A stretch of 64,000 nt of DNA from Candidatus Latescibacterota bacterium (GCA_965204375.1 OZ241986.1:4736001-4800000); one strand, 5' to 3'. Positions 9,790 to 20,260 are shown, counted from the first letter of the stretch. Numbers and translations: made by a program. Notes: generated by a model not told the origin, from the letters alone.

Positions 9790-9888
9790 CTACTCATACC
9801 GCAGGGCGTCAACGGGATTGGATCGCGCAGCGCGAATGGCCTGGAGGCTTACGGTACACAGGGCGATTTTGAGATAGTTTTTGAGCAT
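9790..9888 (-). pseudogene. Collapsed ABC permease: 32-aa in-frame N-terminus/C-terminus fusion
   Basis: Manual translation MLKNYLKIALCTVSLQAIRAARSNPVDALRYE*; the first 10 and last ~22 residues match the permease termini. Confidence 0.9.
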
Positions 9889-9900
9889 GCGGTTTTTCCG

Positions 9901-10578
9901 CTATCCCCTGATGTTTTCTGTGACGACATGACCGTCGAACAGGTGGATGATGCGATGCGCGTATCCCGCGTCGTGCGAATTGTGGGTCACCATGACGATT
10001 GTGGTGCCGTTTTTGTTCAGTTCGGTCAACAGATCCATGACCTCGTTGCCGTTTGCCGAGTCGAGGTTACCCGTTGGCTCGTCTGCAAGGATGATGTTGG
10101 GGTTTGCTATGACGGCTCTGGCCACGGCTACGCGCTGCTGCTGACCGCCGGATAGTTGTTGCGGGAAATGCTTTTCGCGGTGTTTGATGCCCATGTATTC
10201 GAGGGATTCATCCAGGCGCTGTTTGCGCTCGCTGGTTGGTAAGCCCAGGTATAACAGAGGCAGTTCCACGTTTTCGGCGACGGTCAGTTCGTCGATGAGG
10301 TTGAAACTTTGAAATACAAAGCCGATATTTGACTTGCGGGTGTTGGCTCTTTGCCGTTCGGTGTGTTTGGAGACTTCTTCTTCGTTCAGAAAGTATTCCC
10401 CACCGCTCGGATTGTCCAGCAGGCCGAGTACGTTCAAGAGTGTGGATTTGCCACATCCAGACGGTCCCATGATGGCGACAAATTCGCCTTCGTCAATATC
10501 TACGTTGACATTGTTCAGAGCCGTGGTTTCCACTTCTTCGGTGGTATAGACTTTCTGGAGGTTGACGGTTTTGATCAT
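9901..10578 (-). CDS. ABC transporter ATP-binding protein
   Basis: GPSGCGKST, LSGGQQQR, ILADEPTGNLD; AGGAG RBS before ATG 10578. Confidence 0.95.
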   Translation of the reverse strand: MIKTVNLQKVYTTEEVETTALNNVNVDIDEGEFVAIMGPSGCGKSTLLNVLGLLDNPSGGEYFLNEEEVSKHTERQRANTRKSNIGFVFQSFNLIDELTVAENVELPLLYLGLPTSERKQRLDESLEYMGIKHREKHFPQQLSGGQQQRVAVARAVIANPNIILADEPTGNLDSANGNEVMDLLTELNKNGTTIVMVTHNSHDAGYAHRIIHLFDGHVVTENIRG

Positions 10579-10649
10579 TGTGAGACTCCTCTTTAAGGTG
10601 AGATGTAAGACATAAGACATGAGACGTTAAAAGCATCTACTTTGAGACA

Positions 10650-13031
10650 CTATTCATACCGCAGCGATTCAACGGGATTGGCCATAGCGACTTTGACCGC
10701 TTGATAGCTCACGGTGATACAGGCAATAATCAGAGACAAGACGCCAGCAAAAACAAAGATGCGCCACCCCATAGATGTGTGGTACGCAAAATCGTTTAAC
10801 CAGTCGTTCATAAAGTGATAGGCCAGCGGAGCGGCCAGTGCAAAGGCAACGACAACCAGCCTGATGAACTCTTTGGAAAGCAAAATGACGAGATTGGGGA
10901 TGGATGCGCCGAGGACTTTTCTAATGCCGATTTCCTTGGTGCGCTGTTCGGCGGTATAGGACGCCAGGCCGAACAGCCCCAGGCAAGAAATAAAAATGGC
11001 GAAAATGGCAAAAAAAGTAGCCAGCGTGCCCATCGTGCTCTCGTTGCGATACATCCTTTCAAACTGTTCGTCCTGAAAAGAAAACTCAAAAGGACGGTCC
11101 GCATTGAATTTCTTGGATGCCCTCTCGATACCTGCAATAGCCTCAGCCGTTTGTCCCCCGGCAATACGCACAAATAAAAACTCGGTACGGGTGGGACTCA
11201 GAAGAATAATCAGCGGTTCGATAGCCGTGTACAGGGATTGAAAATGGAAATTTTTAACCACGCCAATAATTGGACCTTCGCGACCAAACCGCAGACGGGT
11301 GCCAACCGGGTTTTCCATGCCCATAGCCCGAGCCATTTCTTCATTCACAATAAAACTTCTGAGATCCCCGGGAAAATCTCTGGAAAATTCGCGCCCGTGA
11401 ACAAGCTCCATGTGCAGGGTATTGACCACATCGTAGTTGGCCTGTAACCTGTGAAAAATATGTTCTGAATTGGGGTCTCTCCCCTCCCACATCGCATTTG
11501 TTCCGGTACTCGTCACCCTGAGCGGATTGTGTCCGGTACTGGTCACGCCGACAATGCCCGGCTGTTGCAAAAGTTCCTGTCTGAAAGCCTCATACTGTCT
11601 CTTAGCTGCACCCTCCAACCGCATATACACCAGATTATCGCGGTCAATTCCCAGATCTTTGTTTCGCATATACGCAATCTGCTCATAAACCGTCAGCGTG
11701 CCGATAATGAGCAAAATAGAAAGACCAAATTGGAACACCACCAGCACCCGGCGCAACTGACTCGAACCCGACCCCGGTGTAAACGTACCGCGCAAAACAA
11801 TGACGGGATTAAAATTGGAAAGATAAAAAGCGGGATAGCTTCCCGCGAGCACTCCGGTTACAATCGCAATACCAAAAAAAATGAGAAGAATCTCAATGCT
11901 GAAAAGATCGGTCGTGAGCGTCTGATTGATCAAGTCGCTAAACGACGGCAAAACCAGAATGACCATGATCAGCGCCAGAATGGCAGCGAACATGGTCATC
12001 ATAAGCGATTCGCCCATAAACTGCCCAATCAGAATGGTTTTATGCGCCCCGACAGCCTTGCGAATCCCAATTTCTCGAGCGCGTTGCGTAGAACGCGCAG
12101 TCGATAGATTCATAAAGTTGATACTCGCAATCAGGATGATGAACGCGGCCACGACAATAAACATCTGCACATAGTCAATCCGACCACCGACCAGTTTGCC
12201 ATTCCTGTAGTCGGAATACAGATGCATATCCAGATAGGGCTGCAAAAAAGCATCGCTTGTGACCGTATCATCATTCTCCTTAATGATATTTTTGATCTTG
12301 GCATTGAATTGATCGATATTGACATCCTTTTGCAACTGAACGTATAGCCGAAGGTGATTGACCGTCCACCGATAAAAACCGCGTTTATTGGCCAAATAAG
12401 ATGCCATTGGCAAAATACAGTCATATCGCTGCGTCGAATTTACGGGCATGTTTTCATAAACCCCAGCCACCTTAAAACTTTTGTTATCGTATTGCACCAG
12501 CGCGTGCGTATTATTCACCACAAAGATCTGTCCCATCGCGGTACTCCTCCAATCCTCTCCAAAATACTTCTCGGCCAGTCGCTCTGAGATGGCGATATTA
12601 TCCGGTTCCGCAAGCGCGGTTTCGGGATCGCCCAAGATGAGGGGAAAGGTGAAAATCTTAAAAAAGGCCGGTCCAGCGTGATATCCGCTCTCCCGAAAAG
12701 TCTGTTCCCCATGCGTCAAATACATGGGCTGATTCCAGGTCACAAGCACGGTCTCGGTAACCTCTGGATATCGCTCTTCCAGCAGTTTGGCACTCGGATG
12801 GGGTATCGAAGACAGCGTCGAGATCTTATTCATGCCGTGATGATGCCGCATGAAGCGGTAGATTCGGTCGCCATTCACATGGAATTGATCGTAGCTGAGT
12901 TCGTGGGCGATCCACATAAAAATTAAAAAACTACAGGTCAGGCCCACGGAAAGACCCGCAATATTGATTATAGAATGGGTTTTTTGCCCCAAAAAATTGC
13001 GGACCGCGATTTTGAAATAATTCTTAAACAT
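10650..13031 (-). CDS. ABC transporter permease, MacB/FtsX type (copy 2)
   Basis: 793 aa with the same conserved motifs; ends NPVESLRYE. Confidence 0.93.
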   Translation of the reverse strand: MFKNYFKIAVRNFLGQKTHSIINIAGLSVGLTCSFLIFMWIAHELSYDQFHVNGDRIYRFMRHHHGMNKISTLSSIPHPSAKLLEERYPEVTETVLVTWNQPMYLTHGEQTFRESGYHAGPAFFKIFTFPLILGDPETALAEPDNIAISERLAEKYFGEDWRSTAMGQIFVVNNTHALVQYDNKSFKVAGVYENMPVNSTQRYDCILPMASYLANKRGFYRWTVNHLRLYVQLQKDVNIDQFNAKIKNIIKENDDTVTSDAFLQPYLDMHLYSDYRNGKLVGGRIDYVQMFIVVAAFIILIASINFMNLSTARSTQRAREIGIRKAVGAHKTILIGQFMGESLMMTMFAAILALIMVILVLPSFSDLINQTLTTDLFSIEILLIFFGIAIVTGVLAGSYPAFYLSNFNPVIVLRGTFTPGSGSSQLRRVLVVFQFGLSILLIIGTLTVYEQIAYMRNKDLGIDRDNLVYMRLEGAAKRQYEAFRQELLQQPGIVGVTSTGHNPLRVTSTGTNAMWEGRDPNSEHIFHRLQANYDVVNTLHMELVHGREFSRDFPGDLRSFIVNEEMARAMGMENPVGTRLRFGREGPIIGVVKNFHFQSLYTAIEPLIILLSPTRTEFLFVRIAGGQTAEAIAGIERASKKFNADRPFEFSFQDEQFERMYRNESTMGTLATFFAIFAIFISCLGLFGLASYTAEQRTKEIGIRKVLGASIPNLVILLSKEFIRLVVVAFALAAPLAYHFMNDWLNDFAYHTSMGWRIFVFAGVLSLIIACITVSYQAVKVAMANPVESLRYE

Positions 13032-13136
13032 TGGGATTCTCCAGTTCAGGTGTAAGTTGTGGCTTATCTTATTATAATCAATTTACCTGATTTTGGGCGG
13101 TATTGAGTGGTCGTCTTACTTCTTATGTCTCACCTC

Positions 13137-14495
13137 TTACTGCTTTAAAACCAACTTGTCGATTTCTTCGTAATTGTCATAGGACGATGTGACCACGCGC
13201 TCGCCGGGAGAGAGGCCAGCGAGGACTTCGAAGTATTCGGGGCTTTGGCGGCCTATGCGTACGTCGCGGCGTATGGCTTCGTCGCCTTCGACGACAAATA
13301 CCCAGTTGCCGCCTGTTGTTTGATAAAATCCGCCGCGGGGGAGCAAGAGGGCTTCTTCGGGTGCGTCGAGTTCCAGACGTATCTGTTCTGTTTGACCGCG
13401 CCGGATGCTTTGAGGTGTCGCATCGACAAAATCCATATCGACTTCAAATTGTCCTTCTACGACTTCGGGAAAGACCCGACGGATTGTGAGGTCATACGTT
13501 TCATCGCCGATTTCAATGGTGCCTTTGAGTCCCTTTGTGATTCGCGTGATGTAAAATTCATCGATGCCCACCCGCATCTTGTAGGCGTCGAGTACATCGA
13601 CCTGACCAATGCGCCTTCCCCTGTTCATCAACTGACCGATTTCTGCATTTAATTGGGATAATTGTCCAGCAATGGGGGCGCGCACGGTCAGGTTTTCCAA
13701 TGGACGGCGCACATGTTCCAATTGTCGTTGCAAGCTTCTGGCGCTCGTGTCCAGTGCAGCGAGTTGGTTGATGCGATACAGCGAGTCCTGGCGTACTGTT
13801 TCCAATGCAAATGACCTGCGTTTCTGATCGTTTTGATATCGATCTCGCGCACCTTCAAACAGGTCTTGGGAAGTCAGTCCGCGTTCATATAAAACTTTCT
13901 GCTTTTCGTGTTGGCGTTCTGTCTCCCGCAAGTTCAATTCAACGCGCATCAGTTCCTGGCGGTTGCGAATGGCCCGATTTTCCAGATTCAACCGCGTGTT
14001 TTCCATGTTGTTGATTTGTTCGAACAAGCGGGCTTCTTGGGTTAAAATATTTTGTTCCAGGGTGGGATTCGACAATTTCAAAATGGGCATGCCTTTTTCG
14101 ACCATGGTCCCTTCTTCCAGGAAGATTTCCTCTATTTGTCCGCCTTCGAGTGCGTCGATATAATAGGTTTGTATCGGCAATACGGTGCCGCGCTGGACGG
14201 TAAATTCCTGAAAGGGACCGCGCGTGACTTCTGAGATGGTAATCCGATCGACCTGTACATTGAGCCGGGCGCTGTGGTCGCCAAAGATCGCCATGTAGAT
14301 TACGGCACACACAAATATGGCGATTCCGCTTATGGTCGCAATGCGCTTTGGTGTCCATACTTTCTTTTCGACCCTGCGGTCCATGCCGTCTTGACCCGTG
14401 GCTTCTGTTGCCGGTTGGGACGATGAAGAACCGCTGCCGACAAAACTGGGTACGGCTTTCTTACTCGGTGCATCATCTCGTTCGGGTGTTGACAT
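13137..14495 (-). CDS. Efflux membrane-fusion (periplasmic adaptor, MacA/HlyD-like) protein
   Basis: N-terminal TM, GQIEEIFLEEG lipoyl half, coiled coil, TVRAPIAG, C-terminal EVLAGLSPGERVV. Confidence 0.9.
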   Translation of the reverse strand: MSTPERDDAPSKKAVPSFVGSGSSSSQPATEATGQDGMDRRVEKKVWTPKRIATISGIAIFVCAVIYMAIFGDHSARLNVQVDRITISEVTRGPFQEFTVQRGTVLPIQTYYIDALEGGQIEEIFLEEGTMVEKGMPILKLSNPTLEQNILTQEARLFEQINNMENTRLNLENRAIRNRQELMRVELNLRETERQHEKQKVLYERGLTSQDLFEGARDRYQNDQKRRSFALETVRQDSLYRINQLAALDTSARSLQRQLEHVRRPLENLTVRAPIAGQLSQLNAEIGQLMNRGRRIGQVDVLDAYKMRVGIDEFYITRITKGLKGTIEIGDETYDLTIRRVFPEVVEGQFEVDMDFVDATPQSIRRGQTEQIRLELDAPEEALLLPRGGFYQTTGGNWVFVVEGDEAIRRDVRIGRQSPEYFEVLAGLSPGERVVTSSYDNYEEIDKLVLKQ

Positions 14496-14620
14496 GTTTA
14501 TATCCTCTATCCAAAAGTTTGGTGTATCATAGAATGCTGAATGGGGAAAATAGTCATACTTTGAACAATATTCAACTTTGTTTTGCGTCAATGTGCCTCT
14601 ATCCTATCCATTCTCGATTT

Positions 14621-17047
14621 TTACTCATCTCGCAAGGCATCAATGGGATTGGATCGCGCGGCGCGAATGGCTTGCATGCTTACGGTTCCAAAGGCGATGA
14701 TCAGGGCCATTATCGCGCTTGCGACAAATGGCAAGACATTTAAATCTGTCTGATAGGCAAACCCGGAGAGCCAGTCGCGCATCAGATAGTAGGCGATTGG
14801 CCAGGCGATGAGATTGGCAAGTAGAATGAGCAATATAAATTCGCGGGAGAGTAGCATCACCAGATGAGATGTGGATGCGCCCAGTACCTTCCGCACACCA
14901 ATTTCTTTGGTGCGAGATTGAACCATGAATGCGGCCAGTCCGAACAGTCCCAAACAGGCTACAAAAATTGCCAGTAGTGAAAACACGCCGAGCATTTTAC
15001 CAGTGAGCCGTTCGTTGAAATAGTACCGCTGTATGATCTCGTCCAAAAATATATATCGAAAGGGTGCGTCTGGCACAAAGCGTTTCCACTGTGTTTCGAG
15101 AAATGACAGGGTTTGCGCGGTGTTTTCTGGTCGGACGCGCAGGGCCAGGGAATAAAATAGCCTCCAACGGGCTACGAATCCCATGGGGGCGATTTCTTCT
15201 CGTAGCGTCAAGCTGTGGTAGTCTTTTACGACGCCAATTACGGTCAGGGTTTGGTTGTTAAATGCTGCTGGCGTCTCGATCTGTTTGCCAATCGGGTCGT
15301 CCTCCCAGCCGAGCAGGCGCACGGCTGTTTCGTTCAAAATAATTGCCTGAGAGGTGTCGCTGGCAACATCGGCTGAAAAGACGCGACCGCGAAGCACGGG
15401 AATGTCGAATATTTCAAAGAACGAATCATCTACCTCGTTTATGCGAATTGTCCGTTCTTTTGTGCGGTCTCCATCGGGCCAGATCAGTCGCGGTCGTCCA
15501 CCGTATCCAGAAATGTCGTATCTCAATGCCGATGCGCTGAGGATATTGGGGTGTTCGAGAAATACCTGTTTCACCGTCTGGTGGCGTGCCGAAAGGCGCA
15601 TTTGTGGGGCAAATTCATGCTCGCGATCATGAGCGAAGATTGGCACACTTACAATGTGATCGCGCGTGAAACCCATATTTTTGGTTTCTATATATCGCAG
15701 TTGTTGATAAACCACCAGGGTGCAGATCACCAGCAAGATGGACATGCCGAACTGAAAAATCACGAGTCCTTTCTTCAGTCCTGTGGAACCCGATGAGGAA
15801 GACGCCCTACTTTTTAGTGCTGTTACCGGACTAAAGGATGAGAGGAAGAACGCCGGATACCATCCTGCCAGCAATCCGACTACCAAGGTTAATGCCAGTG
15901 CCGCCGGCGCACCTATTATTACTGTAGCCGCGTTGAGGTGTAAATTGCCGCGTACAAATTGGTTGAATAAGGGCAGGCATAACTCGACCAGTGCCAGGGC
16001 AATCAGCAGGGCGACGGAGGTTAAAAGCAGAGATTCAGTTAAAAATTGAATCATCAGTTGTGGACGATGCGCGCCGACCACTTTTCGCACGCCTACTTCG
16101 CGCTTGCGGGTGACAGCGCGAGCAGTTGCCAGATTTGTAAAGTTCACGCATGCAATGACCACTACGATCAGCCCGATAGCCACCAGTATGTAAATTTGTT
16201 GTATGGGGCTGTTGGCAGCCGGGTTAAAATCGGATTCGCCATACAGGTACACGCGGTGCAGGGACTGTAGATGATAGGTGTTTTTTGCCGCAACTTCATC
16301 TCCCATATATTGTTTGATCAACGGCTGCATTTTTGTTTGCAGGGTTTCTGCGTTTTGTCCTGTTTTTAATAGTACGTATGTGTTTACTGGACGCCACGAT
16401 TGCCTGGGTAGCCACATTATCCACGGCGTTTTTCCTACGGAGGGTATTGTGGTTGTGAGTAAGTGAAAATGAAGGTCTGATGAGCGTTGTGGTGCCTTTA
16501 CGATACCTGTTACTGTGTACTCGCCTGGAAAAATGCGATTGTCAACAGAAACTGTTTGGCCCATCGGGTCCGTATCGCCAAATAAATGTTGCGCCATGTC
16601 GTCAGTTATGACCACAGAGTAGGGTGTGCGAAATGCGGTTTCTGGATCGCCTTTTATGAGGGGAAAATCGAACACGTCCAGAAAGTTGTCATCTATCAGT
16701 GCCAGGGTATATCGATTTTTGCGTTTGCCGTATTGTGCAGACACAAGCCACTGCCAGATACGCACCGTTGTTTCTACTTCGGGAAATGTTTCTTTCAACA
16801 CAGGTCCGAGTGCGCCTGATGTGCCTTCTTCATAAGTTGTTTGCGTACTGCTGCGCTTTTCTCGAATCACTTTGTAAATGCGGTCGCCCAAGGTGTGTGA
16901 GCGATCTACTGCAAACTCTTGTTGGATGTACAACAGGATCAAGATGCCACACGCCAGCCCAATGGCAAGTCCCAGTACATTGATGGTTGTGTACAGTTTG
17001 TGCCGCATCAAATTGCGGATCGCAACAGTCAGGTAATTTTTGATCAT
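14621..17047 (-). CDS. ABC transporter permease (copy 3, subfamily A)
   Basis: MIKNYLTVAIRNLMRHK start with GGAGG RBS; near-identical to copies 6 and 8. Confidence 0.93.
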   Translation of the reverse strand: MIKNYLTVAIRNLMRHKLYTTINVLGLAIGLACGILILLYIQQEFAVDRSHTLGDRIYKVIREKRSSTQTTYEEGTSGALGPVLKETFPEVETTVRIWQWLVSAQYGKRKNRYTLALIDDNFLDVFDFPLIKGDPETAFRTPYSVVITDDMAQHLFGDTDPMGQTVSVDNRIFPGEYTVTGIVKAPQRSSDLHFHLLTTTIPSVGKTPWIMWLPRQSWRPVNTYVLLKTGQNAETLQTKMQPLIKQYMGDEVAAKNTYHLQSLHRVYLYGESDFNPAANSPIQQIYILVAIGLIVVVIACVNFTNLATARAVTRKREVGVRKVVGAHRPQLMIQFLTESLLLTSVALLIALALVELCLPLFNQFVRGNLHLNAATVIIGAPAALALTLVVGLLAGWYPAFFLSSFSPVTALKSRASSSSGSTGLKKGLVIFQFGMSILLVICTLVVYQQLRYIETKNMGFTRDHIVSVPIFAHDREHEFAPQMRLSARHQTVKQVFLEHPNILSASALRYDISGYGGRPRLIWPDGDRTKERTIRINEVDDSFFEIFDIPVLRGRVFSADVASDTSQAIILNETAVRLLGWEDDPIGKQIETPAAFNNQTLTVIGVVKDYHSLTLREEIAPMGFVARWRLFYSLALRVRPENTAQTLSFLETQWKRFVPDAPFRYIFLDEIIQRYYFNERLTGKMLGVFSLLAIFVACLGLFGLAAFMVQSRTKEIGVRKVLGASTSHLVMLLSREFILLILLANLIAWPIAYYLMRDWLSGFAYQTDLNVLPFVASAIMALIIAFGTVSMQAIRAARSNPIDALRDE

Positions 17048-17104
17048 GAGTGCCTCCCGAAGCGCGATCTTTTGTAATGAAAAATAACGGTTGCACAATT
17101 TTAC

Positions 17105-17224
17105 TGCAATAATCGTGCCAAAACAATCAAGTACTGAAATAACAACATGTTATGAAATATTGCTTAAAATTGATAGGTTGAATAGTGTCCGATTTTGATA
17201 CAGTAGTGTCCGAAAATGAACACT
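17105..17224 (-). promoter_or_regulatory. Sigma54 promoter + IHF-like site + 41-bp enhancer-like element (copy 1)
   Basis: Minus strand TGGCACG-ATTA-TTGCA (17105-17120); AGTGTCCGATTTTGATACAGTAGTGTCCGAAAATGAACACT at 17184-17224. Confidence 0.85.
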
Positions 17225-17227
17225 TAA

Positions 17228-17267
17228 AATACAACAGACACATTGTTTTTAATGTGTCTGTTGTATT
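17228..17267. terminator. Long perfect hairpin, probable terminator
   Basis: 17-bp stem AATACAACAGACACATT / AATGTGTCTGTTGTATT; a related hairpin lies at 20185-20213. Confidence 0.7.
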
Positions 17268-17296
17268 AGCCGTAGAACCATTATTTGTTCAGGATT

Positions 17297-17475
17297 TTAT
17301 TCTACAACGCGGAAATAGACGTATTTCCTATCCGTCTGATCAGTTTGCTTGTCCTTCGCCAATACGGTCAATTGATAAATCCCTTCGGGCACCTGATTCA
17401 CATCGATTTGCAAATACGTAAAATCATCTTCTCGATCTGTATCTATTGTGAACCAGTAAAAGAATGAGACGCTTG
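17297..17475 (-). pseudogene. C-terminal gene remnant (Ig-like domain as in GWxTD-type proteins)
   Basis: ...YLQIDVNQVPEGIYQLTVLAKDKQTDQTDRKYVYFRVVE* has no own start codon after the stop of permease 4. Confidence 0.5.
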
Positions 17476-17478
17476 TTT

Positions 17479-19959
17479 TTACTCCGTCCGCAAAGCATCC
17501 ACTGGATTCGTGCGTGCGGCTTTGAGTGCTTGATAGGTCATGGTTGTAAGTGCGAGCAAGAGCGCGAGAGCACCGCCTATGAGAAAATACATAAGGTGTA
17601 GATCGATGCGATAGGCGAAGTCCTGCAACCATCTGCTCGAAAACAGATAGGCTATTGGACAGGCTATTGCACAGGCGATGATTACGAGTTTGACAAATTC
17701 TCTGGATAACAACCCAAAAATACTGAATACCGATGCGCCCAGAACTTTCCGTATGCCAATTTCTTTTGTTTTTTGTTCTGCGCGAAACGATATCAGGCCG
17801 AGCAGTCCCAGGCAGGCTACGAAGATGGTCAGTCCGGAAAATACTGCCAATGCATTCCCCGTGCGGATTTCATTTTGATAACGCACGCGTGTCAGGTCAT
17901 CATTCAAGAACCAGAAAGTGCATGGAATTTGTGGTAAAAATTGGTGCCATGTTTTCTCTATAAATGCGAGGGTTTCCGGTATGTTCTGTGTGCCCAGTTT
18001 GAGGTAGAGGTGTTTGGCGCCTCCCGTAAAAAGTCTGAATACAACGGGCCGGATGGCATTGTGCAATGTTTGGACGTGAAAATCTTTCATCACACCTACC
18101 ACATATCCCTCGGGTCCATTTTTTTCCTTAAAACGCCTGCCAATTGGATCGTCCCATCCGAGATGTCTTGCGGCTGTTTCATTTAAGATAAGTGGTCGGC
18201 CTTTTTCTCGATATGCTTGCACTAATTCTCGATATTTTTCTAACTCCGCACGACTTTCTATTCTTTCTGGCCACTTTGGTGGTTCTGGTGCCAGACGGCC
18301 TGCTGCCAGTTCGATGTTGAAGAAGTCCAGAAAATCGCGGTCAATATCAAACAGACCCATCTGCCAGTCGGCGTCATCGGCTCGAAACGTTTCTGTTGTA
18401 TGATATCCACCTTGATGAAAACGCGTGGCTGTTGCGTTCAAAATATTCGGGTGTGCCATGAACACCTGTTTTACCGTGGGAATGCGCCATCTCAGATCTT
18501 CTGAACTACCGTGATGTAGTTGCCGAGAATAGATGAAAAGCGGTATGCCGACTACGAGTTCTTTGTCAAATCCGAGGTCTTTATTTCGGATATATGCCAG
18601 TTGCTCCTGTACGACAACAGTACCTGTGATGAAAGCAATCGAAATTGCAAATTGGAAGATCACGAGTGCTTTTCGCAGCCCAACGTGTTTCGATCCCGGT
18701 ATCCAGTCCCCTTTCATTACCTGCGTGGGCAAAAAGGATGAGAGTACAAATGCGGGATAACTACCCGCGAGCACACCAACGCCCAGCCCAAACCCGATCA
18801 ATCCGATCATCCACCACAGATTTTCAGTTCTGTGCAATATCAGATCTCGTTGAATAAAACTGTTAAACCGTGGCAGGACCAGTTCAACTAAGGCGAGTGC
18901 TACTATCATTGCAACGAGTGCCACCAGTACTGATTCGCCTAAAAATTGTCCGATCAATTGCTGGCGAGATGCACCCACCACTTTTCGTAATCCCACCTCG
19001 CGTGCTCTGGTGGATGAGCGCGCCGTTGAGAGATTCATAAAATTGACACAGGCGAGTACGAGAATAAAACCCGCGACGAGTCCAAAGGCATATATCTGGG
19101 TGATATCGCCATGGTCCCTAAACTGAAGCCCCAAATCCGGATGGGTATAAAGATGCACGCGCGTGAGGGGTTGCACTATGTACCGGGTCGTTTGGCGCAC
19201 GTCATCACCCATGTATCGCGTTATCAAATCGGGCAGTTTTTGCTGTAGTGTGCGGTGGTCGTAGCCTTCGGGCAACAGGAGATATGTGAAAAAGGGACGA
19301 TAAGCGCCCGTGGGTTGCCACATAGACCATAGGTCCGCCAACTGGCCCCTTGGCGTGGCGGTCAGGCAATCGAAATAAAAGGTCGAGTTGGGCGGAAAGT
19401 CGCGCACAATACCCGTTACAAAGTATGTCACCGTGCCGCTCAGTTGTTCGTGATCCACTTGCAGTGTTTTTCCAATTGGATTCTGATTTTGGAAGAATTT
19501 GCGCGCCATTGATTCTGTTAGCACTATAGAACCCGGTTGGGTCAATGCCGTGCCTGGGACACCGATTACAAATGGGATTGTAAATACATTGAAAATTTCC
19601 CGATCTGCGACACATACATCTTGCTGAAAAAAGCGGTCGTCGGTTTTGACCCATGAGGTGAGTATTTGTGTGCGGATGGCTTCCTGTACTTCGGGAAAAT
19701 CGCGCTTTAATGCCGGTGCCAGTGCGCCAGATGCACGCGGATTGACCGATGTTGTATTTTCCATTGAAACTGTGCGGATGACGCGATAGATGCGGGGTGC
19801 ATTGGCATGGTGTCGGTCGTAGCTAAATTCATATTGAATGTAGAGGGCGATCAAAATGACGCACGCCATTCCAGTTGCCAGGCCCAGGATATTAATCGTT
19901 GTCAAGCCCCTGTTTTTCAGCAAGGTGCGAATGGTAGCTATGAGATAACTGCGAAACAT
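17479..19959 (-). CDS. ABC transporter permease (copy 4)
   Basis: 826 aa, AGGAGG RBS, conserved motifs. Confidence 0.93.
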   Translation of the reverse strand: MFRSYLIATIRTLLKNRGLTTINILGLATGMACVILIALYIQYEFSYDRHHANAPRIYRVIRTVSMENTTSVNPRASGALAPALKRDFPEVQEAIRTQILTSWVKTDDRFFQQDVCVADREIFNVFTIPFVIGVPGTALTQPGSIVLTESMARKFFQNQNPIGKTLQVDHEQLSGTVTYFVTGIVRDFPPNSTFYFDCLTATPRGQLADLWSMWQPTGAYRPFFTYLLLPEGYDHRTLQQKLPDLITRYMGDDVRQTTRYIVQPLTRVHLYTHPDLGLQFRDHGDITQIYAFGLVAGFILVLACVNFMNLSTARSSTRAREVGLRKVVGASRQQLIGQFLGESVLVALVAMIVALALVELVLPRFNSFIQRDLILHRTENLWWMIGLIGFGLGVGVLAGSYPAFVLSSFLPTQVMKGDWIPGSKHVGLRKALVIFQFAISIAFITGTVVVQEQLAYIRNKDLGFDKELVVGIPLFIYSRQLHHGSSEDLRWRIPTVKQVFMAHPNILNATATRFHQGGYHTTETFRADDADWQMGLFDIDRDFLDFFNIELAAGRLAPEPPKWPERIESRAELEKYRELVQAYREKGRPLILNETAARHLGWDDPIGRRFKEKNGPEGYVVGVMKDFHVQTLHNAIRPVVFRLFTGGAKHLYLKLGTQNIPETLAFIEKTWHQFLPQIPCTFWFLNDDLTRVRYQNEIRTGNALAVFSGLTIFVACLGLLGLISFRAEQKTKEIGIRKVLGASVFSIFGLLSREFVKLVIIACAIACPIAYLFSSRWLQDFAYRIDLHLMYFLIGGALALLLALTTMTYQALKAARTNPVDALRTE

Positions 19960-20050
19960 ATTGACCTCCTGATGCAGTTTTCAACGCGGGTTAGTATCCC
20001 GATGTCCGATGCAATGCGATACGCGAAAGGATGAATGTATAAAAATAGTA

Positions 20051-20170
20051 AGCAATTACTGTGCCAAAAACTTCTTGTCTATATTTTACAAGTAGTTATG
20101 AGAATTTGTGTCATGAGCACAGTTCAATAAGTGTCCGATTTTGATACAGTAGTGTCCGAAAATGAACACT
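20051..20170 (-). promoter_or_regulatory. Sigma54 promoter + enhancer-like element (copy 2)
   Basis: TGGCACA-GTAA-TTGCT (20051-20066); identical 41-mer at 20130-20170. Confidence 0.85.
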
Positions 20171-20260
20171 TAGCCAATAAAAATAGGCACATTGTTTTGA
20201 TTGCAATGTGCCTGATGTATTAGCCGTAGAACCATTATTTTGCAATGGCGTTACCCCGGT

